64,000 bases of DNA, from the NCBI GenBank assembly GCA_963674735.2, contig CAXXQS010000001.1, forward strand, positions 1,120,001 through 1,184,000, written 5' to 3'. Within the stretch, counting starts at the first letter, position 1. Every line of letters begins with the position of its first letter. This DNA is from Myxococcota bacterium. GTDB taxonomy: Bacteria; Myxococcota_A; SURF-8. Made by a program: the position numbers and the translations under genes. The notes below the pieces were generated by a model. That model was not told where the DNA came from. It saw only the letters and a list, made by a program, of their open reading frames with translations, and did not search any database. Below, piece by piece: positions 1 through 9,943 of the stretch.

Positions 1-343
1 GGATCGCTCGGCTTCTTACATGGCGCGCTATATCGCCAAGAATTTGGTCAAGGCCAAGCTTGCCAAGCGTTGCGAAGTTCAGTTGGCGTATGCCATCGGG
101 GTCAGAGAACCGGTTTCGGTCTCGATCAACACCTTCGGTACCGGGAAGGTCGATGAAGCGAAGCTCGTCAAGTTGGTGAGGCGTCATTTCGATCTGACTC
201 CCTACGGGATTACCACCAGCTTGGACCTTCTGAAGCCGGTCTACCTCAAAACGGCCTCCTACGGTCATTTTGGTGAGAACACCCGCAAAATGACCTGGGA
301 GCAGACGGATAAGGCACAGATGTTGGCCGAAGACGCCCAATAA
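1..343 (+). CDS. metK: S-adenosylmethionine synthetase, C-terminal part (5' end outside window)
   Basis: Reads [16 protein letters not shown]...[14 protein letters not shown]...TASYGHFG, the MetK C-terminal signature. The frame is open from base 2. Confidence 0.96.
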   Translation, partial: DRSASYMARYIAKNLVKAKLAKRCEVQLAYAIGVREPVSVSINTFGTGKVDEAKLVKLVRRHFDLTPYGITTSLDLLKPVYLKTASYGHFGENTRKMTWEQTDKAQMLAEDAQ

Positions 344-364
344 CGGCCCGTTACGAAGAAAATG

Positions 365-397
365 AAACGCCGCATTCTCATTGGATGCGGCGTTTTT
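365..397. terminator. Bidirectional intrinsic terminator between convergent metK and the FHA gene
   Basis: AAACGCCGCAT-loop-ATGCGGCGTTT followed by further Ts. Confidence 0.85.
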
Positions 398-424
398 ATG
401 TAGGGTGAACGATTCGGTTCTCCG

Positions 425-1222
425 TTAGAGTTCTTTTACCGCATCATGGAATTGCAGCTTGGTGGAGCCGATTTCCAGTTCGTCCCCTTCTTTAAGCTGG
501 TGCTGGGAGACTTTGTTGCCGTTCACTTTCAACGAGCCGAGACCATCGACTTTTTCGACAAACCATTTTCCGCCGAAACAGGACATTTTCGCGTGTGTCT
601 TGCCGATGGTCAAGCCTCCCTTGATGGGGATGTCGGCGCTGTCGCTACGGCCGATCAGGACCATTCCTTTATCGAGAGGATAGGTGCTTTTCGGCATGGG
701 AGTTACGGCGCTTAAATGTGCTCCGCGGCGTTGGCCGAGACCTTTACGCAGGGACTCCAGTTGCTCGGGAGCCAGCCGCATCGTGGATTCCGTCGTGTCG
801 ACCTGTGCTTGTACCTTCTGAAAAGTCTCTTGCTCGGGGGTGCCGCTTGCCTCTGCCATCATTTCGCCGAAAGATAGCTTGAATTCGGCGCCGGGTTGCT
901 TTTGCGCTCGTGCGTGATCGCGCTCCAATTCATCTTTTGTTTGCTCGAAGCGAATCATGAATTTTCCGATTTCAACCGTATCCCCGTTCTTGAGGGCTTG
1001 GCGACGGATAATCCGGCCATTGACAAAGACGGTGTCTTTGCCGGAAATGTCTTCGAGAACCCATATTCCGCCATGGCGAACCAGCATGGCTTGTTTGCGC
1101 GAAACCATCACATTGTTGAGAATGATGTCTGCCATGTCGTGTCGGCCGATCAGAATGTGATCTTTCGACAACTGCAATTTCTGAATGATTTCACGGCCAT
1201 GTAAAACGGTTACCGATGCCAT
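425..1222 (-). CDS. Tandem FHA-domain protein
   Basis: Two FHA-like units: IGRHDMADI..VSR..VFVNG..LKNGDTVEIG and IGRSDSADI..THA..VNG..LKEGDELEIG. Confidence 0.85.
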   Translation of the reverse strand: MASVTVLHGREIIQKLQLSKDHILIGRHDMADIILNNVMVSRKQAMLVRHGGIWVLEDISGKDTVFVNGRIIRRQALKNGDTVEIGKFMIRFEQTKDELERDHARAQKQPGAEFKLSFGEMMAEASGTPEQETFQKVQAQVDTTESTMRLAPEQLESLRKGLGQRRGAHLSAVTPMPKSTYPLDKGMVLIGRSDSADIPIKGGLTIGKTHAKMSCFGGKWFVEKVDGLGSLKVNGNKVSQHQLKEGDELEIGSTKLQFHDAVKEL

Positions 1223-1422
1223 TTCGACCCCCTATGTAGCTGGTCGTCATTCCAAATAACACAAACGAAATCTGTCTTGTTCTTTTTATTGATTTTATCC
1301 GCAAAAATTGCGGCTTGTAAAGTGTAATTCTTTTTTGATTCTGCATTTCTTTTTCAAACGCTGAGCGTGCTTCGTGACAAACGCATGCGGATGTGCTAGA
1401 GAAAGCCAGCGATGGAGGCGAA

Positions 1423-3240
1423 ATGAGTGCAGAGGAAAGACAGAAGATTCACGTTCTTCCAACTTCGTTGGCCAACCGAATTGCCGCAGGTGAAGTGGTG
1501 GAGCGGCCAGCTTCGGTAGTGAAAGAACTGGTCGAGAATTGCCTCGATGCGAGTGCGACAAAGGTCGTGGTGGAAATCGAAGAGGCGGGAAAGGGGCGTA
1601 TTCGTGTCCTGGACGATGGTGTTGGAATGGATCGAGAGGACGCTCTGCGTGCCATCGAGCGCCATGCAACCAGCAAGATCCATCATGCGGACGATCTGTT
1701 TGCCATCCAGACACTTGGTTTCCGAGGTGAAGCCTTGCCCTCGATCGCGTCGGTTTCGCTGTTTAGCTTGACAACGCGTGGTCTTGATTCGGTCGGAACC
1801 CGTTTGACGATTGAGGGGGGGGAACTGAAACACGTGGAGGATGTCGGCTTCCCGCGCGGGACGGAGATCGATATCCGAAAGCTATTTTATAATACCCCGG
1901 CGCGTCGGAAATTTTTAAAGCGCGATGCGACTGAGTTGGCGGCTATCAGCGAGGTCATGCAGCGGATCGCATTGGTCAGACCGGATGTCCGCATCGAATA
2001 TCGGCACAACGGTCGCGACCTCATGAATCTACCGGCGACGGACGATCTGCACGAGCGAGTGGCAGGGGTGTTCGGCAAGGATGCCTACCCGAAGCTGTTT
2101 CCCGTAAGTGGTGAAAGGGGAGGTTTTCATTTGAGCGGCATGATTTCGGCCCCGGAATTGACCCGGCCGACCCCCGCCGCCTTGCATCTGTTTGTCAATG
2201 GGCGTCCCATCCGCGATCGCTCACTGATGCATGCGGTGACGTCCGCCTATGGCACCATGTTGGAACCCAGACGCTTTCCTATCGCGGCTTTGATGCTTGA
2301 AATGCCGATCGATCTGCTGGATGTCAATGTTCATCCGGCTAAAACAGAGGTTCGTTTCGCAGACGCACGGATGGTCTATCGGATTCTGCATGAAGGCGTG
2401 CGCGAGGCTTTGGGACGTTCGCCCTGGTTGGGTGGAGTCGGAACTCCCGGAGGCGGTCGGCGGGAAACGGGCGGCGATGCCGTCGGTGCCGAAATCGCCT
2501 TGGCAAATTACTTCAAGTCCCAATCCGGTCAACGCCATTTTACGATACCGGGTGGTTCGACCTATCAATCTCCGATGCAGGTCCAGGGAAGTCCGGCATC
2601 GATGGTGGAAAACCAGAGTTTCGCGGTCGGACCGGCGGCTGCGCCATTCGGGATGGGCTTCAGCTCTTTCACCGTTCTGGCTCAGTTGCATAATACCTAC
2701 ATTCTCGTCAGCACGCCGCGAGGTTTGGGTATTATCGATCAGCATGCCGCGCATGAACGGGTGGCCTTTGAAAGGCTGAAAGTCTCTTACGATACGCAAA
2801 AAATAGAGCGTCAGATTCTGCTGTTTCCCGTTCGTGTCGAACTGGATGCCGGAAGACTGGCGGCCCTTGAAGAATTCGTGGGAGACGTGACCGCCCTTGG
2901 TTTCGATGTGGAAACGTTCGGCGGCGATTCCGTGCAGATCCGAGCGGTACCGCAACTCTTGGCAGGCGCAGACCCGGCCAGCGCTCTTCGCGACCTGCTG
3001 GATGAGTTGGCCGATGCGGGCGGGAGTCGAGCGGTGGAAGATCGGATCGATCTGGCCTTGGCGACTTTGGCTTGTCATTCGGCGATTCGAGCTAACGAGG
3101 CTCTGAATTACGAACAGATGGAAGCCTTGTTGCGGCAATTGGATACCATCGATTTCGCGACCCATTGCCCCCACGGACGACCGGTCTTTATCGAAGTGTC
3201 GCAGATGGAGTTGGAGAAACGCTTTGGCCGCATCAAGTAA
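1423..3240 (+). CDS. mutL: DNA mismatch repair protein MutL (endonuclease type)
   Basis: Motifs NRIAAGEVVERPASVVKELVEN, GFRGEAL, DVNVHPAK, DQHAAHER, ACH and CPHGRP. ATG 1423 has a GGAGG RBS (ORF track starts at 1393). Confidence 0.97.
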   Translation: MSAEERQKIHVLPTSLANRIAAGEVVERPASVVKELVENCLDASATKVVVEIEEAGKGRIRVLDDGVGMDREDALRAIERHATSKIHHADDLFAIQTLGFRGEALPSIASVSLFSLTTRGLDSVGTRLTIEGGELKHVEDVGFPRGTEIDIRKLFYNTPARRKFLKRDATELAAISEVMQRIALVRPDVRIEYRHNGRDLMNLPATDDLHERVAGVFGKDAYPKLFPVSGERGGFHLSGMISAPELTRPTPAALHLFVNGRPIRDRSLMHAVTSAYGTMLEPRRFPIAALMLEMPIDLLDVNVHPAKTEVRFADARMVYRILHEGVREALGRSPWLGGVGTPGGGRRETGGDAVGAEIALANYFKSQSGQRHFTIPGGSTYQSPMQVQGSPASMVENQSFAVGPAAAPFGMGFSSFTVLAQLHNTYILVSTPRGLGIIDQHAAHERVAFERLKVSYDTQKIERQILLFPVRVELDAGRLAALEEFVGDVTALGFDVETFGGDSVQIRAVPQLLAGADPASALRDLLDELADAGGSRAVEDRIDLALATLACHSAIRANEALNYEQMEALLRQLDTIDFATHCPHGRPVFIEVSQMELEKRFGRIK

Positions 3241-4156
3241 ACCAACGAAAATTATCGTGATTCAAGGCGCAACGGCCAGCGGCAAAACCGGCTTGGCCAT
3301 CGAATTGGCTAAGCGCTTTTCCGGAGAAATCGTGAATGCCGATTCCTTGCAGATGGTGCGAGGCTTTGACATCGGAACTGCGAAACCAACGCTAAGCGAG
3401 CGATCCCAAGCTGCTCATCACTTGATCGATGTCGTAGAGCCGGATGAGCCTCTGGATGTCGCGCGGTTCGTGGAAATGGCTGCTGGTTGTATTCGGAATC
3501 TTGAAAAAAGCGGAAAACTTTCGATTATCGCGGGTGGAACTGGATTGTATGTGCGAGCGCTTTTGGGTGGATTGGTTGATCTTCCGGGCCGAAACGATGT
3601 CTTACGCGCAAAGTATGAGAAAACACTTGAAGAATGCGGGGCGGAAGCCCTGTTTGCCACCTTGGCAGCCCAAGCACCGGAAGCCGAACAGCATGTCGAC
3701 CGGCGAAATCCCCGGCGTGTGATTCGTGCGTTGGAAGTGCTGGAGTTAACCGGAAAGCCGATCTGGCAGTGGCAGGACGAACATCGGTTTGCCGAGAAGC
3801 CTTATCGAGCACTCCGTTTTGCCATTGACGCCTCAACGGAATGGTTGCGGCCTCGTGTTGAACAGCGCACTCGGCAGATGTTGGAAAACGGTTTGATCGA
3901 GGAAGTTCGAAGCTTGCTTCGACGTTTCCCCGATGCTGCGCCCAAGGCATTCGAGGCGATCGGTTATCGGCAGGTTCTGGCTGTCATCAACGGGGAGGCA
4001 GCTGAAAGCGAGTTGGCTTCCGCCATTGCCACCGCCACTGTTCGGTATGCGCGAAAACAACGGATGTGGCTACGAAAAGAACACGATATCAAATGGATAG
4101 CTCCGGGAGAGTTGGACTCGGTTGTTGCAACCACGGCCGACTTTCTTTCCCGCTAA
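3224..4156 (+). CDS. miaA: tRNA dimethylallyltransferase
   Basis: GATASGKT, ADS.Q, IGTAKP, GGTGLY, NPRRVIRALE, AIGY and YARKQ motifs; conserved position after mutL. Confidence 0.96.
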   Translation: MAASSKPTKIIVIQGATASGKTGLAIELAKRFSGEIVNADSLQMVRGFDIGTAKPTLSERSQAAHHLIDVVEPDEPLDVARFVEMAAGCIRNLEKSGKLSIIAGGTGLYVRALLGGLVDLPGRNDVLRAKYEKTLEECGAEALFATLAAQAPEAEQHVDRRNPRRVIRALEVLELTGKPIWQWQDEHRFAEKPYRALRFAIDASTEWLRPRVEQRTRQMLENGLIEEVRSLLRRFPDAAPKAFEAIGYRQVLAVINGEAAESELASAIATATVRYARKQRMWLRKEHDIKWIAPGELDSVVATTADFLSR

Positions 4157-4204
4157 AACCTACCGATCAAAGCATAATCGAAAATCGGATGAACCCGCGC
4201 ATCA

Positions 4205-4972
4205 TCAAGCTGTGGCCTCGTCGGCTTTCCACTCCGTCACGAATGCCTTGAATTTCTTCAGTTCTTCTCGGGTGAAGGTGAGGTGCCGGTGGGTGAAGAG
4301 ATAATTGAGGAGCCAGAACGTGATGATATCGAATGTTACCCCGTATCCCGTGATCAAGTGTCCGATAGCGGCGAAGGCCACGGAGGAAGCAATGAACCAG
4401 AACGCCACTTTGATGTAAAGTGGATGGGCAAAACGGTGGTGACTGTAGAATGGGACCAGAACGAAATGCATGACAGAACTGTAAAAGACGACGAAAATGC
4501 CGAACCAGTAGAAAATTTCATTGGAAATAAAGAAGTGGGAGTTGAAATAGCCGATGAACAGCAGGGCCGAAGCGGGTCGGGGAAAGCCGACGAAAGCGCC
4601 GTCGTAGCTGATGCGCTTGACGTTGAACCGAGCGAAGCGGATGCATCCGGCCAGAGTCGGGGCTGAGGCAATGGCGGCGGCGATCCACCAGGGCAGTGCC
4701 GGGTAGATCGGATGCATGGTATAAATACCGTAGATGAGGAACGAGGGCGCGATGGAATAGGCCACCAAATCGGCCACGTTGTCGAGCTCGGCTCCGAATT
4801 TGTTGAATTGATTGGTGAGTCTTGCTACCGCGCCGTCGCTGACATCGAAGGCATAGGCGATCAATATCGAGTAGCTGGCCCATTCGAGCCGACCTTGAAT
4901 GACGAAGATAACACATAGAAACCCGCCGAGGACGTTTCCCAGCGTGAAGTAATCTTTGGCTTTCAGTAGCAT
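4205..4972 (-). CDS. pssA: CDP-alcohol phosphatidyltransferase (PssA-like)
   Basis: DVSDGAVAR...FGAELDNVADLVAY signature, RFARFN and FVGFP, multiple TM segments. Start 4972 has a GGAGAG RBS; alternative start is 5008. Confidence 0.8.
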   Translation of the reverse strand: MLLKAKDYFTLGNVLGGFLCVIFVIQGRLEWASYSILIAYAFDVSDGAVARLTNQFNKFGAELDNVADLVAYSIAPSFLIYGIYTMHPIYPALPWWIAAAIASAPTLAGCIRFARFNVKRISYDGAFVGFPRPASALLFIGYFNSHFFISNEIFYWFGIFVVFYSSVMHFVLVPFYSHHRFAHPLYIKVAFWFIASSVAFAAIGHLITGYGVTFDIITFWLLNYLFTHRHLTFTREELKKFKAFVTEWKADEATA

Positions 4973-5179
4973 CGGGTCTCTCCGTTGCGCCTTATAAGTA
5001 TGGACCATGCTGTTTGTATCAGAACGATAGGCCTTTTGTCAAAAGGATCTTCAATGGAATTTCGGGGCAAGTCAGGGTGGCCGAAGTCTCGCTTTTCCTT
5101 GCCAAAATACCGTATGGTGGTTTATAAGATGTAGCTCTGTAGTTGACTAATCAGATCGCGTTGTCGAGGAGACGTTTCA

Positions 5180-6925
5180 ATGCGCTATTCGCAATTGATG
5201 ATTCCAACTCAAAAAGAAGTGCCTGCCGATGCGCAGGTTATCAGTCATGTTTTAATGCTACGTGCCGGTATGATCCGAAAGCTGTCGGCGGGAATCTATA
5301 TCTACCTTCCGCTGGGATTGAAGATCATTCGCAAGGTCGAGCAGATTGTACGTGAAGAGATGGATCGCGCGGGCGCTCAGGAACTGCTGATGCCGATGGT
5401 GCAACCCGGCGAGATCTGGGAAAAATCGGGCCGCTGGGCGAAGTATGGCCCGGAGCTTTTACGTCTCCGCGACCGCAAAGGGGCCGAATTCTGCCTCGGA
5501 CCGACCCATGAAGAGGTGATTACCCAGCTTTTTTCCAACGAATTCAATTCATACAAGCAATTACCGGTCAATCTCTATCAAATTCAGAACAAATTCCGCG
5601 ACGAAATGCGCCCGCGCTTCGGCTTGATGCGTGGACGTGAATTCGTAATGAAAGACGCCTATTCCTTCCACGTCGATGAAGAGGATAGCCGCCGCGAATA
5701 CAAGAACATGTACGAAACGTATACCCGTATTTTCAAGCGCTGTGGTCTTGATTTTCGTGCGGTCGAGGCCGATACCGGCTCGATTGGCGGCAGTACCTCC
5801 CACGAATTCCAGGTGCTTGCCCAATCGGGTGAGGATCTGATTCTCTCCTGCCTCAACTGCGGCTACAGCGCCAACGTGGAAATGGCCGAAACCATTTCCG
5901 AAAAAGGTGGAGAGCCGGCGGATAGCGGAAAAATACCGGTTTTAAAAGAAATGCAGGAGGTCGACACCCCGAACAGTCGGACCATCGATGAAGTGTCCGA
6001 GTTTTTGGGCATTACTCCCGCCGATTTGTGTAAAACACTGATTTATCATGACGATGCGGACCAGTACGTGGCCGTTTGCATCCGTGGCGATCACGATGTC
6101 AACGAGATGAAACTGCGCCGCGTCCTGGGCGTCAATGCCGTTTATCTGGCGGAAGATGAAGAGGTTGAGAAACGCACGGGCACCCCGGTTGGCTTTGCCG
6201 GACCGGTTGGGATGGGCTTGCCTGTCATCGCCGATCTGACTGTTAAGAATATGATCAACTTCGCAACGGGTGCGAACAAGAAAGATAAGCACTTTGTGGG
6301 CGTGAATCTCGACCGTGACGTGACGATCGAGAAATTCGCCGATCTGAGGCTTGCCAGAGAAAACGAGACCTGTCCGCGCTGTGGGACGGGAGTCTATAAG
6401 GCTTTCCGGGGCATCGAAGTGGGCCAGGTTTTCTATCTGGGAACCAAATACTCGGAACCCATGGGGGCCAGCGTCCTCGACGAAAAAGGCGAGAGCGTTG
6501 TATGTCCGATGGGCTGCTATGGAATCGGCGTTTCAAGGACGGTAGCCGCCGCCATCGAGCAGAATCATGACGATGATGGCATCAGTTGGCCCATGCCGCT
6601 CGCTCCGTTCCAGGTGGTGTTGCTCCCGCTGATGATGAAGAATGAAGCCGTCGTCGAAATGGCGGAAGACCTGCATAAAGATCTGATCTCTCGCGGTGTG
6701 GAAGTGCTTTTGGATGACCGAGACGAGCGGGCCGGTGTTAAGTTCAAGGACGCGGATCTGCTCGGTATTCCGATTCGGATTACCATCGGGAAAAAAAGCC
6801 TGGAACAAAAAGCCCTCGAGTTCAAACTGCGAAGGGAAAAAGAGTCGGAAATGGTTCCGCTCGAGAAAATCGTGGCCAAGGTCAAAGACACCATCCGCGA
6901 TTTAATGGACGAATCTCAGCCTTGA
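5180..6925 (+). CDS. proS: Proline--tRNA ligase (bacterial type with editing insertion)
   Basis: LGPTHEE, KFRDE.RPRFGLMRGREF.MKDAYSF, GIEVGQVF.LGTKYS and MGCYGIGVSR motifs. Confidence 0.98.
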   Translation: MRYSQLMIPTQKEVPADAQVISHVLMLRAGMIRKLSAGIYIYLPLGLKIIRKVEQIVREEMDRAGAQELLMPMVQPGEIWEKSGRWAKYGPELLRLRDRKGAEFCLGPTHEEVITQLFSNEFNSYKQLPVNLYQIQNKFRDEMRPRFGLMRGREFVMKDAYSFHVDEEDSRREYKNMYETYTRIFKRCGLDFRAVEADTGSIGGSTSHEFQVLAQSGEDLILSCLNCGYSANVEMAETISEKGGEPADSGKIPVLKEMQEVDTPNSRTIDEVSEFLGITPADLCKTLIYHDDADQYVAVCIRGDHDVNEMKLRRVLGVNAVYLAEDEEVEKRTGTPVGFAGPVGMGLPVIADLTVKNMINFATGANKKDKHFVGVNLDRDVTIEKFADLRLARENETCPRCGTGVYKAFRGIEVGQVFYLGTKYSEPMGASVLDEKGESVVCPMGCYGIGVSRTVAAAIEQNHDDDGISWPMPLAPFQVVLLPLMMKNEAVVEMAEDLHKDLISRGVEVLLDDRDERAGVKFKDADLLGIPIRITIGKKSLEQKALEFKLRREKESEMVPLEKIVAKVKDTIRDLMDESQP

Positions 6926-6934
6926 GGGTGATCC

Positions 6935-7657
6935 ATGGAGACGCGTAACCCGTTAATTGTTGCTCTGGATGGCGATTGGAGTCTGGACGATCTGGTTAGC
7001 ACGGCAGGAAGCTTTGCCAAAAGCGTGGGCATGGCCAAAATCGGAAAACGTCTGTTCACGCGCTTTGGTCCGCCGTGTGTCCACGCGATGCACGCCCTCG
7101 ATCTCCCCGTCTTTCTGGACCTCAAGTTCCACGATATCCCCAATACGGTGGCGCAAGCTTGCGAAGAAGCCGTCAAATTGGGTGTGCGTATGCTGAACGT
7201 GCATGCATCCGGTGGTTACAACATGATGACACGAGCGGCTGAATCGGTCCAGGAGACGGCCTTTCGCCTCGATCTACCCAAGCCGGACCTGATCGCCGTG
7301 ACCGTTCTGACCAGTTTGGACCGCACCCAGATCGGCGAAGTCGGCATTGCGGGATCGGTATCCGATCAAGTCAAACGGCTGGCCGAACTCGCGCAAAAAT
7401 GCGGATTGGACGGTGTGGTCGCCTCACCGCATGAAACGCCGATCGTTCGGGAGGTCTGTGGACCGGATTTTCTTATCGTCACGCCTGGGGTCCGGCCGAA
7501 TTTGTTGGTGGCCAATGACGACCAACGGCGCGTCATGACGCCGAAGCATGCGATTGAACAGGGGGCCGACTACTTGGTCATCGGGCGTCCCATCGTCAAT
7601 GCCAGCGATCCCTCGGCGGCAGTCCGCAGTATTCTGGCCGAGATCGAGGCCAGCTGA
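6935..7657 (+). CDS. pyrF: Orotidine-5'-phosphate decarboxylase
   Basis: LIVALD, FLDLKFHDIPNTV, VTVLTS, TPGVRP, DQRRVMTP and GRPI motifs. Confidence 0.97.
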   Translation: METRNPLIVALDGDWSLDDLVSTAGSFAKSVGMAKIGKRLFTRFGPPCVHAMHALDLPVFLDLKFHDIPNTVAQACEEAVKLGVRMLNVHASGGYNMMTRAAESVQETAFRLDLPKPDLIAVTVLTSLDRTQIGEVGIAGSVSDQVKRLAELAQKCGLDGVVASPHETPIVREVCGPDFLIVTPGVRPNLLVANDDQRRVMTPKHAIEQGADYLVIGRPIVNASDPSAAVRSILAEIEAS

Positions 7658-8412
7658 TGGGGCGTTGTGTTTTCGGCGTACACCCCGTCCGGGAGTGGCT
7701 TCAAAGCCGAAGCAAACAAATCGACACAATCTATGTGAAAGATGGGGATGTGAGTGGGGTATTGCGTCCCTTGGTCGATAGTGCCAAGCGTAATGCCATC
7801 CCCATCAAGCGCGTTCGTCGTGAAGAACTCGATCGTCTGGTGAAAGGCGGCAACCATCAAGGTGTTGTGGCCCTCGTTTCCGAAGGCTTATCTGAAACAC
7901 TGAAATCACCCATCTTCGAAGATTGGCTTGGCGAAGTCGAGAATCTGGAAGCCAAGCCGGACATTCTTCTCCTGGATGGTGTGGAAGATCCCCATAACCT
8001 GGGAGCGCTTTTACGTTCGGCGGAATGTCTGGGAGCCGGGGCGATCATCATTCCGAAAGACCGATCCGCCCGTGTTACGGAAACCGTCGTGCGTGTTTCC
8101 GCCGGGGCGGCGGCCTATGTTCCGGTTGCAACAGCCACGAACTTGGTTCGCGCGATGAAGCAATTAAAGGATATCGGTTACTGGATGATCGGCTTGGACG
8201 CGGAGGCCTCCGATTCGATTTTCGATATCGAAATACCGGAACCGGTGGCTTGGGTTCTCGGAAATGAAGGGAAGGGAATACGGCGGCTGGTGCGGCAAAC
8301 CTGTGATCGACTTACCTCCATTCCTCGTATGGGTCGGCTGGGTTCACTAAACGTCTCCGTGACGGGTGGTATTGTTCTGGCAGAAACGTTGAGGCGTCGG
8401 AAAGCGGGTTAA
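7657..8412 (+). CDS. rlmB: 23S rRNA Gm2251 methyltransferase (TrmH/SpoU family)
   Basis: FGVHPV.E, NHQGVVA, LDGVEDPHNLGALLRSA, GNEGKG and SLNVSV motifs. Confidence 0.92.
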   Translation: MGRCVFGVHPVREWLQSRSKQIDTIYVKDGDVSGVLRPLVDSAKRNAIPIKRVRREELDRLVKGGNHQGVVALVSEGLSETLKSPIFEDWLGEVENLEAKPDILLLDGVEDPHNLGALLRSAECLGAGAIIIPKDRSARVTETVVRVSAGAAAYVPVATATNLVRAMKQLKDIGYWMIGLDAEASDSIFDIEIPEPVAWVLGNEGKGIRRLVRQTCDRLTSIPRMGRLGSLNVSVTGGIVLAETLRRRKAG

Positions 8413-8438
8413 TGTGACGGTCCGTTTGGTTTAATATA

Positions 8439-8467
8439 TTGACGATAGCCGTTAAAGCACATAACAT
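8439..8467 (+). promoter_or_regulatory. Putative sigma70 promoter (distal) of the small ORF at 8606
   Basis: TTGACG-N17-TAACAT. Confidence 0.5.
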
Positions 8468-8527
8468 ATCAATGGGTTAGCGTTTATTGGGAGCTTTGGG
8501 GAAGTTTTGTTAATTACGTGAAATTCC

Positions 8528-8556
8528 TTGACACTTTTTGAGAAATTGCCTAATGT
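8528..8556 (+). promoter_or_regulatory. Putative sigma70 promoter (proximal) of the small ORF at 8606
   Basis: TTGACA-N17-TAATGT. Confidence 0.6.
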
Positions 8557-8605
8557 GGCATGACTGAAACGTTAACTTGCTCAGTCAAAATGGTAGAGGC
8601 AAACA

Positions 8606-8782
8606 ATGTCTGTTGAAGAACAATTCGAAGTTTTCTACGATTATTTCTCGGATGAGGCGATCGAGAGCATGTTCAACAACCTCCCTCAAGAGACGTTGGA
8701 GGAGATGTTGCAGGTGATTACCTTGGTCGAGAAAAAAATTAGCGGCTACAAATCACGTATTAAAGAACTCGAAAACAGGTAA
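8606..8782 (+). CDS. 58-aa acidic helical small protein, absent from the ORF track
   Basis: Hand translation gives MSVEEQFEVFYDYFSDEAIESMFNNLPQETLEEMLQVITLVEKKISGYKSRIKELENR*. It has an AGAGG RBS, upstream promoters and a downstream terminator. Confidence 0.75.
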   Translation: MSVEEQFEVFYDYFSDEAIESMFNNLPQETLEEMLQVITLVEKKISGYKSRIKELENR

Positions 8783-8799
8783 TTCCTTTTTTTTCGAAA

Positions 8800-8834
8800 A
8801 CAAAACGCCACCCCGTCGATGGGTGGCGTTTTGT
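8800..8834. terminator. Bidirectional intrinsic terminator
   Basis: Perfect 14-bp stem ACAAAACGCCACCC-N7-GGGTGGCGTTTTGT between convergent genes. Confidence 0.85.
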
Positions 8835-8916
8835 CGTTGTAAAGTATGGAAATTACGCCCGATGTTGGGTTGATTGTTTCAATCGGATGAAACAGGTGCT
8901 GAATAGGCGTCAATTC

Positions 8917-9930
8917 CTATCTGAACAAAGCTAAGCCGGAAACTCCCAAAGAAATCCGCCAGACCCGATTGCCGCGCAGTTCCGTCACGTATAGCGAGCA
9001 GGGATCGAAACCGTCACCTTCTCCGAAAGCCAGGCTGGCAGGAGTCAACAAACCGCTTGCAATGGTTTGTGTTTCTCCTGTCGGACTGATCCGAATGATT
9101 TCTCCCATCACGTTGGCCGCGACATACAGGTAACCTTCGCTATCCATTGCAACGCCATCGTTCATGCTGCCGGGCGTAAGGTTGACAACGAGTTCCTTTT
9201 CGCCGGCTTGTCCATTGTCGATGGGGAGGCGGTATATCGGGCTGCCGTCTTCGAAAGTACTGGCGACATACAGCCAGTTCCCATCCGCCGTGAACACCAT
9301 TCCATTGGGTGATTCAATCGCATCGCTCCAGAGAGTTGCCTCGCCGTTGTCGGTCACTTCCCATATTTCAGGTACGTAATCGTCGCCGATCAGCCAGGTT
9401 CCCCAAGGCGTTCGGGTGACGAAATTGGGGTTCAAGATGGTTCCGGCTTCAAGCAAGAGACTGGAGGAACCATCGGGGGTTACGAGGTACAGGCTTCCAT
9501 CTTGAGTTTCATCGTCGAATTGCTCTCCCAGGGACGCCACGAGCAGATCGCCATTTTCATCAAACGCCATTCCGATCGCTTGCGGAATCTCCGAAAAAGT
9601 GCTGTAGCTACCATCCGGAGCGATGCGCAGGACTCTGTCGGTTTCGCTTACGTAAAGATGACCCAGTCCATCGAAAGCGATGCCTTCAGATTCGGCCAAG
9701 TCGGAGACGAATTCGAGTTTTTCACCCACTTCCAGATCGGTGAGGCATGCACTGACCGGCTCATCGGAATCGCCGTCCGCAACGGCGTCATCATCCGAAT
9801 CGCCATCGGCTGCAGGTGCATCCCCGTCAAGTGCGGATGTATCGTCATCCGATCCGCAGGCGTTTAGTGCCGCTATCATGATAATGAAACAACATAACCC
9901 AAGTAGACTGTAAAATGGTTGATTTCTCAT
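8917..9930 (-). CDS. SMP-30/gluconolactonase-family beta-propeller lipoprotein with DGD-rich linker
   Basis: Lipobox-like LNAC. Blade motifs SEGIAFD, PNGMVFTADG.WLYVA, DGVAMDSEG.LYVA and PASLAFG. Confidence 0.85.
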   Translation of the reverse strand: MRNQPFYSLLGLCCFIIMIAALNACGSDDDTSALDGDAPAADGDSDDDAVADGDSDEPVSACLTDLEVGEKLEFVSDLAESEGIAFDGLGHLYVSETDRVLRIAPDGSYSTFSEIPQAIGMAFDENGDLLVASLGEQFDDETQDGSLYLVTPDGSSSLLLEAGTILNPNFVTRTPWGTWLIGDDYVPEIWEVTDNGEATLWSDAIESPNGMVFTADGNWLYVASTFEDGSPIYRLPIDNGQAGEKELVVNLTPGSMNDGVAMDSEGYLYVAANVMGEIIRISPTGETQTIASGLLTPASLAFGEGDGFDPCSLYVTELRGNRVWRISLGVSGLALFR

Positions 9931-9943
9931 TGTTTCCCCCTGT

